The position numbers and the translations under genes are program-made. The notes under the pieces were generated by a model, which was given only the letters and a program-made list of their open reading frames with translations, was not told the DNA's origin and ran no database searches. Below, piece after piece: positions 172,541 to 187,217 of a DNA stretch of 248,000 bases (the first letter of the stretch is position 1; the number at the start of each line of letters is the position of its first letter). Source of the DNA: Wallemia ichthyophaga EXF-994 (lineage: Eukaryota; Fungi; Basidiomycota). Location of the stretch: positions 20,001 to 268,000 of the forward strand of contig NW_008806277.1 of the NCBI RefSeq assembly GCF_000400465.1. Reading direction: 5' to 3'.

Positions 172541-174660
172541 TCAACACGCTGGCATCTTTGAAACATCAATCACTGCCAATCCTTCATTCTTTGTTCCAAA
172601 TATTATTCTGTTTCCTTCAGGTGCTTGCCATCTTAGATCATATAAGCCATTGCTAGTTATCCAATCTTTCTGTATTTGACCTGTGATTGATTGCCATAAC
172701 GTTATTCTACCATCTGCTCCTCCCACTGCTAACATACGTCCATCCGGGCTGAAATCCGCAGTGAAAACGTGATTCTTTGAGTGTTTACACTTCCAAATTA
172801 ATTCTCCTGATTCTGCATTCCAAAGTCGTACATGTCCATCCATTCCACCTGATAGCAGTAATGGCTTATCTAAGAAGTTGGATTGTGGTGCCCATATTAG
172901 GCATCCTATTTCACGTTCATGTCCCCGCATAACTCTTATGCAATCTGCATCTGGCTGCGGTCTACGATCGTATGGTTCTTCTTTGCTAAACTTCCACACC
173001 CTGATCGTTGCATCATCAGAACCTGAAGCTAGATACTCTCCCGATGGATCCCATCTGACTTGATTTACTTCACGAGTATGCCCATAAAGTGCTTTTATTG
173101 GTTCCGGATCGCCACATTTGAAAACGTAGATGATTCTGTCACCACCAGCGCTATTCCACGTTAACGACGCTTCAATTTTAAGAAACTCACTCACGTTGCT
173201 AATATATCGTTGTCAAGCCAGTCGGCATCAAGTATCGAACCCATGTGGTATTGCCATTGGTGTTCAATATCAAATGTTTGGATGTCCCATACTATCGTGC
173301 GTTTGTCCAATCCAGCACTGGTATATGATATAAGCTTTTATAGGCCATAAATTTGTCAACTTACGTTAAAGCTCGAGTTCCGTCTTTATTAAACTTGACT
173401 GAGAATACTGGGCCTTTGTGCACGCGTTTTTCCATAAGAATATCACCGTTTCTGGTCCATATCCATACGCTACCGTCGTATGCACCAGTCATAATCATTT
173501 CACCGTCCGACTATATGTTGTTAGAATAAACTCAATTTGAAACCGATAACTCACACTCCATGCAATAGTTGTAATATCACGACCATCACCCTTACGAGGT
173601 GGTCCCTTTAACTGCGAACAGTCGATAACTTCAAGGGTCTTTCCCTTCATCTCTCTTCCAACTGCTGGTAGAGTCCATATTTTGAGAATACCGTCAGCAC
173701 CGCTAAATAAAATTAGATCATGATCTGCAATTAAACGTTACTCACCTGCTTGCAGAGACATTGCTATATTTTGGATTAAAAGCTGTTGCGTAAACCTGGA
173801 CTGATTAGATTGATTGTGGTAATAAAGTGATAAACACACATTGCCCATGTGACCCTCCAACCAAATAGCTTCCGCTTTTGTAAGTTTCTTCATCTGTTCA
173901 CGTGGTGCTTCACCTGGTTTAAATTTAGGCTTTGGTGGGGTAGGAACAGGGCCATTGTTAGATGATCTAACTTTGACCTTGTTAACATCTCTAGCTGTTC
174001 TTCTGTATTTGTCATTAGCTTTTTCGGTATCCATTGATGCAGAAGAATCATCGTCAGCTTCATCGGAAGAGTCAGCATGTTTTCTCTTTGAGTTGGCAAT
174101 TTGAGTAGAAGGGTCAACTATAATTTGAGCGTTTGCAGGTCTATCACTAGCCATAGGAGCAATGAGTGCAGGTGGAGGAGGTTGAGGGATTGAAGCATCT
174201 GCAATTGAAAAGTCTTGAACGTCGACATCCTTGAGAAGCCTGAGAGGTCTTTCATAAGGAACAATGGTGCCATCCTATTGTTTGAAAATAAAGTGAAAAT
174301 TTGCAAGACTATGGTTAGTAACGATAGCGAGAAAGAAAAGGCGAAACTAACGGTACGAACAGATCTTTCAATTTCATCGTATAATAAACCTTTTTGAAGG
174401 TATTTAATAAGTAAACCACGTTCCAAAGGGCCATTAGGTTTAGTGAGGGGTAGACTAGCTTCGGTATTGAGGGTGAAAGCTGTGTGATTAAAGCCTTAAA
174501 GCCTGTTAAATAATAAATATTTAAAAGAACTAAAATTTACCAGAATCCTGCAAGTAAGATAATATTAAAAGGTTCATCTCTTGTGAGGAAATTGCAGGTG
174601 CTCTAAGTGAATCCTTTTGATTTGAGTAGGTGGGTGGTAGATCACCATTGAAATTAGAAT
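172541..174660 (-). CDS. TBL1/Sif2 LisH-WD40 protein
   Basis: LIKYLQKGLLY, WD repeats. Confidence 0.85.
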
Positions 174661-175346
174661 CCATTCTTATATTTTATCGATTTTTGTATTTTATTTTAAA
174701 CTTAAATTGATCAAGTTGATGATGATGATGTATAAGAATCTCTCCCGGTGAATCTATGCTAAAATTTTCACTTAGTTTCTTTAGTTCAAATTACTAAAAA
174801 ATATACAATATTCTAAACGCCATAGCTCATCTTTGACCCTTGCATATTACCAAAAAAAAAACTTCATAAATTATCAATCACTTAAACGCGTTGATAAAGG
174901 TGTAGATATGATAAATTAATGTAATTCTTACCAATGATGAATTTATCTTACGCAAATTTACAACATTGAGGGTCAGACATATATCGGCATGTACGACAGT
175001 TACGTGCGAGTATTTGTTTATCTAGCAAAATACCAAGCAGGTCTATAAAATTCTAAGGAAAAATGTTTATTGTGTTTAAATTTTGTAAACCAATCTAAAT
175101 ACTGGTTTTAGCATGTTAAATATCACCATCATATTTATACCCAAATGGAAAGGCGTACAAGGCTGCAGAATTCTAATACTATCAACTTAAACGCGGAGGA
175201 CGTCGAAGCTGTAATATCTCATGGCACACACGAGCAGATTACGGCTTGTCTGCGTGTACTCCTTGAGAATAGAGATACCGTGAGCTATACTTTGATTTAC
175301 TGCAAAATCTAACAACCAATCACAGACTATCACTGATAACAAAGAC

Positions 175347-177017
175347 TTGAATGATCAATTATCAGATTATCAATACCAACTCGATACCAGTACCCAAGCT
175401 TTTGTTCAGTCTCAATCACAGCTGAATGATGCTCTCGCCGATCAAGCTGCTATCGAAGAAGATGCGCTTTCTAGACAAGTTCAACTAGAACTTTTATCTT
175501 CAAAAGTTGAAGCTTTTCAGCGTAAAGAGAATGAACTGCACAGGTCTCATCAGATTCAACTTGATAAGTTCGATAACGATAGAAAGTCTTGGTTTGAATT
175601 GGAGTCTGGCCTTCGAGGTAAAGTTACTTCCCTCAGTGCTAAAATTCTGGCTGCAAATAGAAGCGCCAAATATGATGCTACTCCCCCAACTTCCCCTTCT
175701 AGTCCTAATTCTTCCAATTCCGCTCCTATTATCAAGTCTATGAGTATTGAGAGTGCTTCAGAGAGGTCTGCTAGAGAGGCTACTCTAGAAAAGCTTCAAC
175801 ACTCACTCGACATGGAGAAGCAAAGAAGATCTATCATTGAACGCAGCGAGCATTCCCTAAAGTTTGAGCTAGATCAATCAAAGCGCTCCGTTGAAGAACT
175901 AAGATCTGAGAACTCTAGTTACATGTTGCTTTTACAAGAGCGTACATTCTCCGGTGACCTCCTCGGCTCAAGTGTGTTCGACACGATGCGTGACTTTGAC
176001 GATACCGGTATTGCTGTCATAGCTGAAGAGCCAGAGAATGACTCTATTGATCACAGTGATGATGAAAATAGTGAGCAATTCACTCCGAATCGCAGAAGAG
176101 CCCGTAGACGCGGTCCTGTTGATTCACGCAGGAAGCCCCAGCCAAGCCAGTCACCTAAGCCACTCAGTGAAGAGAATGGTGGTAACATTGGTGTGAGTGA
176201 GATCTATTCTTTGTCAATTGTGCTGACTAATGCAGGTCACCGGCCCCGGATATGATCTCGCTGCGGAATTGGGTAGGGCCAAGCTCGATACAAGCGACAG
176301 AGAGGAAACTTTAGATTGTGAGTGTGTCATGCTGGAAAGGTCTCATCTAACACCCCTAAAGCCCTTAAGAATGACAATAAAACACTCAAAGAAGCGAACA
176401 AGGCGCTGACGACATATGTCTCAAAAATTATCGAAAAGATTATCAATCAAGAAGGTTTTGAACATATTCTTGCAAGTGACTACCGCGATCCTGAGCAACG
176501 TGAAAGTATCAGATTGAAGCGTTCTCAAACCATGTCATCTAGTGCGGGGAGATCTAGCTTAGGTGGAGTTTCGGATACATTACTCAACTCACGCAAGAAA
176601 ACTACGGATAGCAACACTTCGACTGTTCGTACTAGAACTCATCATAGGGGAAGTAATGATAAGCGGAAAAGTTTGTCCATAGATTGGTCAAACATAGGAG
176701 GATTCTTCAAAGGAAATCCAAATCCAAATGAAAGCACAGCGCAGAAGCTGCCAAAGCAGGAAGAAGATGAAGATGACCGTAAAGAAAGGGACAAAGTGCG
176801 AGCAACGATGAAAAAGATATCATCAGAATCATTAAAGACTGATGGTCAGTTCACAAGATTTGATAACGAAGGAAGGGCAGATGTAAGAACAAGATCAGGC
176901 TCCGTTGGTACTGGAGCATTAGCAAACTGGCGTAAGAAGAGAGCTGAACGTGCCGAACTTGTTTCAAAGAGTTCTGGTAGCGCTTTAACAGACATGACTA
177001 ACGGCAGCGCACAGTGA
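175347..177017 (+). CDS. Coiled-coil protein
   Basis: Long coiled coil, LTTYVSKIIEKII. Confidence 0.55.
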
Positions 177018-177097
177018 GGATGAGATCACAATAAAAAGATAATTTGTATACCCATTGGATTCATTTAAATATAAACCTATCTTTATCAAGTACGGTG

Positions 177098-179214
177098 ATG
177101 TTGCGATCGACGTCGAGGCTGCTCAATGCCACACAAGGCGTATCTGGGAGGTATATTTGCACAAGTAGAATAGTAACTCAATTAAATCAGGATGAGGAGT
177201 TACAGAAGCTTTATCGGGACATTGAGCTCCATAATAATACATCCACAGATCTTTCCAATGTTATACATCCTGGGCTTTGGGAGAGTGAAGAAAGGATCGA
177301 GACTAACTCACCTGCTTACAAGTTTGGCAAGTACGGCGCTGGTCAGGTAGTCATCCCAGATTCAGTTGATAGCACCATGTCCGAAAGACTGGCGAATACT
177401 AATAAGGCTGAGCTAAGGCAGCAAACAAGGAGTATTTACAAGCTACTTGAAGTAAACAAGAACCTGTCTCCAAAGCAAATCCCAAGATTTATCGCATATA
177501 CACGTCCTGATCAGCCATTAGCATATGCATTGGCTATCGGACCTGGTGTTTATGCGGCTGTTTATAGCGTAATGAGGGAGATTCGAAGAAGAGCATCCAG
177601 TGAAATAGATGGTTGGCTTCCTCACAGGGTAATCGAGTTGGGTTCAGGTGCTGGAATATCTGCTTGGTGAGTCCATCTCATCCAATGAGATACAATCGAT
177701 TTATAAAGGCATACAGGGCAACTATGGATGCCTTCAAGTATGGCGGTAACTCTCACTCGATAGCGGCAGAAGATTTCCAAGATAATGATGAGACTGCAGT
177801 TGTGAATGGTAGTAACGCAGACGAACCTGAGCTTCATCCAGTGCAACAGTATGATGCATTTGACCCTAGCGAGATGATGAACGATTTCAATAGGCAGCTA
177901 TGGAAAGACGCTCAACGGAAGGCTCAGCTGAATGTCACAAGAAAGTTCATCTCATCTAGATTCAAATCAGAGGATCCAGTGGAGGTGAGTTGTTAGTATG
178001 CTGCATCGCAATCTACTAAATTAAGGCAGTCATCGAAAACCCTCGCCCTATCAACTTTCACGCTCTCAGAATTGGGTAATCCTGCAGACAGACGGGAGGT
178101 AATACACAGAATGTGGAAGTCAAATGCAGACATGATGGTAATAATAGATAGGGGAACGCGCGGAGGATATGAGCGTGTAATGGAAGCTCGCCAACAGCTA
178201 TTAGATCTCGGAGGCACATCTGAAACTTCAAGTCACGTATTGGCGCCATGTCCACACGATGGCAATTGCCCATTGCTCAATACCAAGGACTTCTGTCACT
178301 TCAGTCAACGCTTACAAAGACCTGCTTATCAGCGTTATATCAAGAAGGCCAAGTTGGGTACAGAAGACCAAAAGTACTCGTATGTTGTGGTTAGACGAGG
178401 TCAGAGACCATCGTCAGAGAGCAGTAAAGCACTTAATCAATTGTCAAAGTACAGTCCAAGCGAGTTGATAAAGTTGCAGAAACTGGAAGCACGCAAGAAT
178501 CTTGAAGTTGTTGGTGAGATTGAGAATGTTAATGAGATGATGATGTCGACAGCGGAATCTACACCAAATCCAGAATTGTTGGACAGCTCGTCAACACCAA
178601 TAGTAGAAACAGCATCAAATGCTCAAATAGATACAGATGTTGCTCTGCAAGAAGACCTCACAAACAATCCTACATATGATAACAGAGATCTGCTATTAAA
178701 GGATAGTTTCAACTGGTCTAGAGTAATTTATCAGCCAATGAAACGTAAAGGACACGTGATATTCGACACATGCTCTCAAAGAGAACGTATAGAAAGATTC
178801 GTCATAACTAAGCGAGACGGCGATAGTGCTTATAGAGATTCTCGCAAAGCAAAATGGGGTGACTTATTTCCACACGATCCATCAGGCACTGTTCAAGTCA
178901 AGAATGGTGGCATAAAGCGTACAATGCCAACACTACCTGAAGGAGTAATTGATGAAAATCAACTGAAACCAGAACATAAAGATGCTGCATATACTGATGA
179001 TAATGGCAAAGTTGTTATAGATTCGTATGATCATGATCATGCTCACAATGAACGCACTCATAAGCGTAGAGTTAGAGGTATAGGATCAGCTAGGAAGTTG
179101 CGTAAAGGAAAGGGTGCACGTATGGCTGATTTGATGGAGAAGAAGATGGTGGATGAGCGATTGGAGGGTATAGCGAGAGACGCTACTGATGAGATTATGA
179201 GGAATCGTTACTGA
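177098..179214 (+). CDS. RSM22: Mitoribosome assembly factor Rsm22/METTL17
   Basis: IDRGT..G, APCPHDG.CP, CHFSQR, KWGDLF. Confidence 0.92.
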
Positions 179215-179427
179215 TGGGTCTGAATTTCATACCAGTGTTTTTATAGCATTGCATTATTGTCTAATAATCACGCATTTACTCGAACTCAATGCGTATATAG
179301 TCGATTTACAAGATTATGAGAAATATGAATGATAATGCAACATAAGAATTAGTCGAAAATGATGGTAGAGTTCCAAGATGATAGGAAAAGTGAAAGGTTT
179401 TGTCTATAAATAAGATAAGAAGTAAAA

Positions 179428-181625
179428 TTATTCTTGTTTAATACCCAAGCCAATAAGTTCTTCCTTTGAATCAACGTTCTTCAAAGGTGGAAGAACGTTA
179501 TGAGATTCAGAGTTACTCTCATCGTATTCCTTGTTCTGACGCGGACCAGCTTCACCGCCACATAAGTCAAGAATAGACTGTCTCCTTGAAGCATTGGTAT
179601 CTGGTCTTTCTTCATACTCTTCATAATCTTCATCTTCCTCTTCAACTTCTTCACCGTCAGCTCTAGTGATTGCATCGAATTTGAAAACATTTGAAGCTTG
179701 CTGTGATTGATTAAATTGATTTTGATTCATAATCGATGATGATTCGTTGTTCGCAGAAGATAACGGTCTCAAAGCTTCAGAAGAAGACACTGGTCTTGAC
179801 GAACCGAATGGTACGTGAATACCAGCCGAAGAAGGTGGTGGTAGATATGGAACGCTATCATTGAAACCTACATTACTCTTCCTTGATGATCTAGGTCTGA
179901 TTGAATATTCATCCCATGTTGTACCACCATTATTGTTACTTTGTTGAGCAGGCTCAGATTGGTTTGGTTGATTATCTGATGGTGGTTGATAACCAAACAT
180001 TCCATTGGATTGGAAGCTATTCTTGCGGAAGGGTAGTGGTTGAAGGTTTGAAGGAATTTGATAAGTTGGATCAAAGTAGCTAGTTGCAGTAAAGTACTCA
180101 GAAGTAGATGGCCTATGACCTTGGCTGGAATGTGGCTTATAGGTTGTAGTTTGAGTTGGAGATGGTAACAGGGGAGCCTGATAGATTTCTTGCTGCTGTT
180201 GTTGTTGTTGCTGTTGCATTTGATGATGATGTTGCAGTTGATGTTGACGCTGCAATTGCTGTTGATGATGCATTTGTTGATGCTGGTGCTGTTCAACAAC
180301 TGAAGCTATTGAAGGAAGCCTTCCTGCTTCTTGTGTACTTTGAATACTTTCAGGGGTATCTCTAACTAAAGGAATCGGGGTAGAAGTTGGCGTTGGTCTC
180401 AAAGCATGAGGAATAGCAGGAGTTTGATTATGCGGTGACCATTCTTCTAAAACAGGCGGAGCAGCGGAAGAAGCTGAAGTTGAAGAATTTGAAGGATGAG
180501 CATCCATTATTGGAGCTGAAGATGAAGCATAAGCTGTGTGTGGATGTGATTTTGTAGGCATTGAAGCTGAATGCAACATTGGATGAGACTGATGAGGTTG
180601 TTGAATTGAGGCAGCAGGAGAAGGAATTAGCGGTTGAGCACTTTGAGGTTGATACATATTAGATGACCAATTGAAACCGTTCCCTTGTAGAACTATATGT
180701 TGATTTGGGAAAGTTGGACGGTGTTGAATGTGATCAGTTGGTGGAGTGTGTGTCATATGAGCTTGTGGTAGAGGAGGTTGAGCAGAGGTAGTTGGTATAG
180801 GAGAGCTACTTGGCGTTGAAGACATCGTTGCTAGTTTCTTAGTTGTTTGACGCTTTCTACCTCTTTGAGATTCAGTTGGAACGGCGGAGCCATCACGACG
180901 ATCAACGACTTGAGCATCAGCAACTTGCTTTTCTGAAGCGTTTGCAGCAAGTTGGGAATGTAAGTTAGACATTCCCTTTAATAAGCTATCATTCATTTCT
181001 GGTTGATCAGCGTGTACCTGTGCCTTGAATCAGGATACGTAACTGTAAAGAGAAAGTGTGTACCTACAGTGCCTGCGTGTTGTCGAAGGTTATCTAATCT
181101 AGAAAATGCTTTACCGCAATGGCATTTCTAAAAAATTTAGTTAGTAATTCGACTTCCTTTTTTTTTTAAAAAAAAAAGAAATATAGAACGTACGAATGGG
181201 CGTTCACCCGTGTGCTTTCTAACGTGTCTAGCCAAGTGTTCAGAGCGAGTGAATTGCATACTGCAGTTACCATAACCAGTACATTGGAATAATTTTGAAG
181301 GCTGGCTGCGAGGTTTGCGCTGTGGACCCACGTGATTTGTATCAGCTTTTCGTCTGCGACCTTGAGCCTTTGGAGGGGAAGGATCTTGAAGGGGTTCTTG
181401 GATAGAAAGTGGAGGTTGTGAGGGTTGTTGTAATGGTGGTGTTTGGTGGTTAATGAGTTGTTGGGTTTGTTGGGGTTGTGGAGGTTGTGGAGGTTGTTGT
181501 GCACGTTGAGCTTGTTGCTGTTGTTGCTGTTGTTGAGCTTCAAATTGCTGCGGGTTATAATAGAAAGGATGCTGCTGATTATCTACGTAGTATCCCCTAG
181601 GATAATACTGGAACTGATGATTCAT
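179428..181625 (-). CDS. C2H2 transcription factor
   Basis: [32 protein letters not shown]. Confidence 0.85.
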
Positions 181626-182041
181626 TGTACTTTGTTTAATGAAATTCCTTTATAGAAGCTAAAGCTTTTAAATTTCAAGTCAAATTCAATAATTTACTGC
181701 TAAATAAGCAAATACAGGTTGTGCCTGCCTTTATTGCTTATGGTTGAACAGAAAGAATGGCTGACCTGAGTTAGTTACCCAAGGTACATAAAAAATGATT
181801 AGAAATTTATTGTTATGTGTTAGTATTTATGAAGAGTAGGTGTCGCTTCTTATTCATATCTATTCTTAAAAACTTTATTCTTCATTCGTCCAACTCTCAG
181901 CCAATCAGCTCAATTGTTCAGGACACAAGGGCGATTCAAAGTTAGCCACTCTTGAGTACATATTTAATCATATCCACCTGTGATAATACAATTTATTAAT
182001 TCAATAAGCATAAAACTCATTTTAGCTTATGGTCGAACGAA

Positions 182042-182968
182042 TTATAACTTCAAGTCATTGAGAATGTTGATCAAATCATTATTACCACCTAGCTTAATAA
182101 TCTCATCAATTGCTTGCTGATGAAGGTGGTTTATAACAGATAAAGTAAAATCAGCAGATTTAGTTTTGGTATTGAGGTAGTTGATAAGGTATAGCTTTAA
182201 ATCATCATCTTTAGTGCGTTGTTTGAGTATATTTATAATTTGATTAGATTTATTATCTGTTAGAATTCCATGTATTATGGGATAACTGAACTTTCCTTCA
182301 GATATATCTTCAGCGAATCCTTTGTTCTTGGTGTAAGATGATTCGAATAGGTTGCAATAATCATCACGTATTTGAAACAGAACACCAATAATGTTAATCA
182401 AAGGGATTAGATTGAGATTTGATGGAGATTTTGATAACATCAATCTCACTGCGAGTCTTAGTAAACCACCAGTTTTATTATTAACCATTTCCAAGTATTC
182501 CTTTGTAGATGGGCAAATGTGATTATCTCTAAAGTATAGATCCATACCTTGACCTCTGTGTAAATTGATAAGTTCTTGATTAACGATATTGATCAGATTG
182601 AAATCTTCAAGGGAGTGTAAATCGGAGAGTGCTTGGAAGTAGATGTAGTTTGCGGTATTAATTGTGGAAGGTATGCCATATATTCTATGAGCAACAGGTA
182701 AACCTCTCCTCTTATCGGAGTCATCTTCAATGTCATCAATCAATAGACTAGCGTTGTGAAGCTTATCAATGACATTTGTGATAATTGAAAGATGAGTCTT
182801 ATCCAAATTTAACCAAATATTGAAAGCATCTATCAATTTCAATCTAAATTGTTTGCCTTGATTGCTATTTAAATAAACAAAAGGCTCTAAAAGCTTATTC
182901 TCATTATGTCTACTCCAATTAAAGTCTAAATTTTTATTCAAATTATCAAATTCGTGCAAATTGACCAT
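182042..182968 (-). CDS. BTS1: Geranylgeranyl diphosphate synthase
   Basis: LHNASLLIDDIED, GQGMD, QIRDD. Confidence 0.94.
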   Translation of the reverse strand: MVNLHEFDNLNKNLDFNWSRHNENKLLEPFVYLNSNQGKQFRLKLIDAFNIWLNLDKTHLSIITNVIDKLHNASLLIDDIEDDSDKRRGLPVAHRIYGIPSTINTANYIYFQALSDLHSLEDFNLINIVNQELINLHRGQGMDLYFRDNHICPSTKEYLEMVNNKTGGLLRLAVRLMLSKSPSNLNLIPLINIIGVLFQIRDDYCNLFESSYTKNKGFAEDISEGKFSYPIIHGILTDNKSNQIINILKQRTKDDDLKLYLINYLNTKTKSADFTLSVINHLHQQAIDEIIKLGGNNDLINILNDLKL

Positions 182969-182987
182969 AACCTTGGTTGTAAATACA

Positions 182988-183339
182988 ATGAGTGGATTGA
183001 GATTGTTAATAGAAAAGAGATCCACAATATTTAATCAAAATTTAAACCCTTTGAATATTAGGAATGGCTTCAAGTACCTCAATAAAAGATTGATTGGTCC
183101 AAAGGCCTTGGAGTATTACCCACCTGCGATTGATATTAGATTATTCAAGCAACTCAACAATCTTCCTTCTACTTTCGTTACAAATAAAGAGAAGCAGAGA
183201 TTGTTAGACGTTGATGCAAGGAAGAGAAGGGGTAAATCTCCACCAAAGAAGGGTGAGTGGGCTATTATCTAGCGTAACCATGTCTAACAGTAATTGCACT
183301 ACAGGACAAGGCAGAAGATCAAGTATGAAGAAGAAGTAA
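182988..183339 (+). CDS. RSM27: Mitoribosomal protein mS33
   Basis: IFNQNLNP..R.G.K.L...L.GP...YYP, RRGKSPPKKG. Confidence 0.85.
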
Positions 183340-183370
183340 TTATAACATTAAATTAATATCTTATCTTAGC

Positions 183371-183743
183371 TTAGTATTTCAAAATGATGTAAAGCGCGTG
183401 AATGATCTGATATAGGTGTGAGCGCGGGAGAGCGAATTCAAAGGAATAAAAAAGCCGCTTACACCAGGAATGTATCCCAAAATGGTCAATAAGATGTTGA
183501 TCCAGAAATCTGCGGCACATCCACGTTCTAAGAACACACCAATTGGTGGTATAAAGATTGCGAAAATAATTCTATAATGTGTGAAATTTGGTAGTCATAG
183601 TGGCTCATAACTCACTTAATGATATCCTGCGTATAGGTCAGCGATCGTCAGCGTAAGAATACTCCCCCACTCACTCTTTAAAATTCATTAGGCTGTGTAC
183701 TCTAACCAACGCTATTGAAAACTTACGAGCAAGTAAAAGGCAT
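183371..183743 (-). CDS. PMP3: Pmp3/UPF0057 proteolipid
   Basis: IIFAIFIPPIGVFLERGC..INILLTILGYIPG. Confidence 0.9.
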
Positions 183744-183900
183744 TCTATAGCCTTAATTAGAAAATAAGCCGTATAAGCCCCTTTGAAACTTACTCTTATT
183801 TATAAAAGCTGATCAACGTAGCACTATAAGCCAAGGCCGCCCGAACTAATTCAAATTCCAACAACTCCATTTAAACGTCATCTACAATTAAAAATAGAAT

Positions 183901-185267
183901 TTAAAGCTTATCATCTCCGAATAGTAAGCTAATAGACTCTCCATTATGTTGTCTCCTGATTGCCTCTCCAATCGTCGCGCTAACATCCATCACGTCAAGT
184001 TTTTCACCCAATTTCTCTTTATTCTCCACTTGGGGAATTGTGTTTGTCACTGCGATCTTTTTTATTGGTAGACTTGGAATTATTTCCATCGCTGATTCTG
184101 ACATTAATCCTATAAATATCATTTCCTCAGCTTGGCATTAGCTACGCATAACGTTCTTCTCACCATGTGATACTATAGCGTACACCGCAGTAGCACCCTT
184201 CTTGGCTAACTCAGTTGAAGCCAACTTCATCGTTTGGGCTGAGACTACCATATCATCAACCAACAGAGCCACCTTGCCTTGTACGTTTCCAACGACTACG
184301 TCCATATGGTCCTCCTCTTTGTCATCGCCATTACGGACTCTTGATCTATGAATCAATCCAAAGTTGACATTCAATCTGTCTGCTAACGCTGTGGCTCTGT
184401 ATTTAAATTGATATTGAGATTCCAATCCCAAAACACCAAACACACCTCTTAGCACCACCTGCATCAGGTGAAAACACCACTGCATTCTCCCAATCTGGAA
184501 CGGATGTCTTGATGTAGTTGATCATAATTGGTTCAGTGTACCTGTACGTGTATCAACTTGAACCCCACATCACAGCTATTATCACTAACAAGTTGTCAAC
184601 TGGGATATCAAAGAATCCCTGAGCAATATTAGCCAATTGAATGATAGAAGTCTTTACCCACTTGAATTTGTGATGCGTGGAGATCCAAAGTGATGACGTG
184701 ATCACATCCAGCAGTGGTGAGCATGTTAGCGACCAATTTAGCAGTCTGATTTGTTAGAAATGTGAATGCCGTAACAATTCACTCACTATTGGTGCTCTTG
184801 ATTTATCCTTTCTGTCTTGTCTAGCGTATGGATAATTTGGGATAACTGCCGTAATACGTCTAGCGGAGGCAGTTTTACAGGCTGAGATGGGAGATCAGGG
184901 CTAGCTGATGGCCTCAATGTCAACCTACCATTTGCCAATATAAGCAACTCCATTAAGCTATCGTTTATATCCCCACATCCAGATTGTATGATGAAAACGT
185001 CTTCCTCTCTAACACTCTCACCGATTCTCACGTTAATCTCTTGATTTGAGAATTTATTTACAACGCAAGGCGATAAATTCAATCCAAGTCTGCGGCTATC
185101 AGATTTTACGCTGATTGCTATTAGCTCATAGCCCACCTCTCAGAGACTTCTTTAGCCAATTCTGGGTGACTGTTGCCTGTAAATTCATCTTCTTAGATTT
185201 CTCACGCTCTATTTTCCTCTACCAGATTAATCTCACCAGTTAATATCTTGATTGTATCAGGCCTCAT
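183901..185267 (-). CDS. Ribose-phosphate pyrophosphokinase
   Basis: GNSHPEL, FSNQE, LVDDM. Confidence 0.9.
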
Positions 185268-185383
185268 TGCTTAAGATAGTGGTCGTTGTGATCAAGCGGA
185301 TGACACAGACCAAAGTAGAATACTTAGAAATTAAATTTATAAATTAAGTTATAACAATTCCTCTGCTAATTATTACTTTCTTC

Positions 185384-185953
185384 TTATTTTTTAAGCTTCT
185401 TTTTTTTCTTGTCTTCCTTAACCGGCGATTCATCGATTGACTTACGCTTTCTGTCTTTCGTGTTTTTCTTGTCTGACTTGTCCTTCTTTTCCTTCTTATC
185501 CTTATTTGGTGATGCTTGCTCGTTTACTGTGCCATCTATTCCACCGGTATCAAAACCTGGTGGTCTGAATCTCCACTTGAGCTTATCGGTTGGCTGTTCA
185601 CGCTTAATTGCACCATCTGAAGATGTGTGTTTCTCAAATTTGGGCGCTTTAAGCATTGGTATGTTGTCAGACAATTGTAATCTATGGTGGATTGGCTTAT
185701 CCACTAATTCATGTCATTATAACAGACACTATGAGCAGACAAGACACTCACCAGTAACCAGTTGACCTTGTTTATTTGGTAGCAACAACTTGAATTGATC
185801 CATTTCATCATTTATCGATGCAGATTCAAATTTGTTCCTTGATTCTTTTGAGTTTGAAGTTAACTGTGAGTGTATACTCATCTCACTGCCTTTGACATCG
185901 ATTGTACCTAATTTATTGTCTTTACTATCGAAATCCAGTTTCATTCCTTTCAA
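185384..185953 (-). CDS. Pol I subunit Rpa34-like
   Basis: LKWRFRPPG, lysine-rich tail. Confidence 0.55.
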
Positions 185954-186355
185954 ATGCTTTGTCTTTATCTATTCCTGCGTGAGTCTTAACACGGAATAGC
186001 GATAAAACGCACATTCTCTGGTACTCTTAAGCATACGATTTCATAATCATCATCTTTAGCCAGCTTTAACCAATCAACGCTGCTAGATTGATCGACTCCT
186101 TTCAATTTGAAGCCTTTTGGTGGTTTGTATCTACTTGCATTAGAATACAATGACTGTTTGTCGAAATATAACTAACTCATTTAATTGCCTGCTCGTTTCC
186201 TCCTCTCCGACACTCTCACTTGGGCTTCTCTCTGGAGAAGACATGATAGTAAATTTAAAAGAATACATTTAAATGGCGGCAATTAAAACGTTTCAAAATA
186301 ATTGAAAGATATTTACAGTGTCCTTATTCCATTCCGCTGGGCTCAGCGCTCACGT

Positions 186356-187217
186356 TTAGAGCAAGTAGACTGCTGCACCGAGGATGATTGCACCCATAGC
186401 AGCAAAAGCCTTGCTCTTTGATGCAGATGAGTCATCATCTTTATCACCGCTGCCATTGTCGTTACTGGTGCTTTTGTTGGTGCTGCTGTCACCATTCTCG
186501 TCAATGATGTTCTTCTCGCTGTTGCTGATGTTGTTATCGGTGTTGTTGTAAGATTCGCTGTTATCGTCATAGTCAGCCTTTCCAGTATTAGTTGCGTTGA
186601 GAAGCGTCTCATTGAATGTTCCGGTCATACCAGTGAGCTATTCGAGCTGTCAACTACGCAATAAAGATTCAATAATTATCACTCACTCCAAATATTCCTG
186701 TGTATGCGATGTAAGGGTAACCATAATTTGACGCTTCTTCGGTCTGAGCTGGGAGACTGTCTGAAACAATGCGAAGAGAGCTGTTTGCTTCTTAGAGATA
186801 GTGTCTTCTAAATAAGCTTTATACTCACTAGAATATTCCATCTTGACCGACGTCTGGATCGATCGTTGTGGTGAATTCTTTTTCAGTCGCGTCGACGGTA
186901 CCAAGTTGGCTCAATGGTACCATAGCCAACTATAAATTCGTCAGAACGCTCCCATTTCTGACTTAAACCAACTCACAGACTCATTTCCTGCGAAGAGGTA
187001 AATATGTGATTGACCAATATCGCTCAAAGTAACATTATCTCCTTTTTGAGTCCATTTCACCGTGTATTCATTGCCTGCCTCAACCTTATCTCCAGAAAGT
187101 GGTTGAGTGATAGCCTGCTTCAAGTCGGCCTCAATGCGTTCGAGTATACATTCAACCCACAAGGTTAGCGAGAGTTTTTGATGCGATTGCAGATAAAGCG
187201 AAAATTGATTTCAACAT
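186356..187217 (-). CDS. Kre9/Knh1-like secreted GPI protein, copy A
   Basis: Signal, ITQPLSG..YTVKW, N/S-rich linker, hydrophobic C-terminus. Confidence 0.7.
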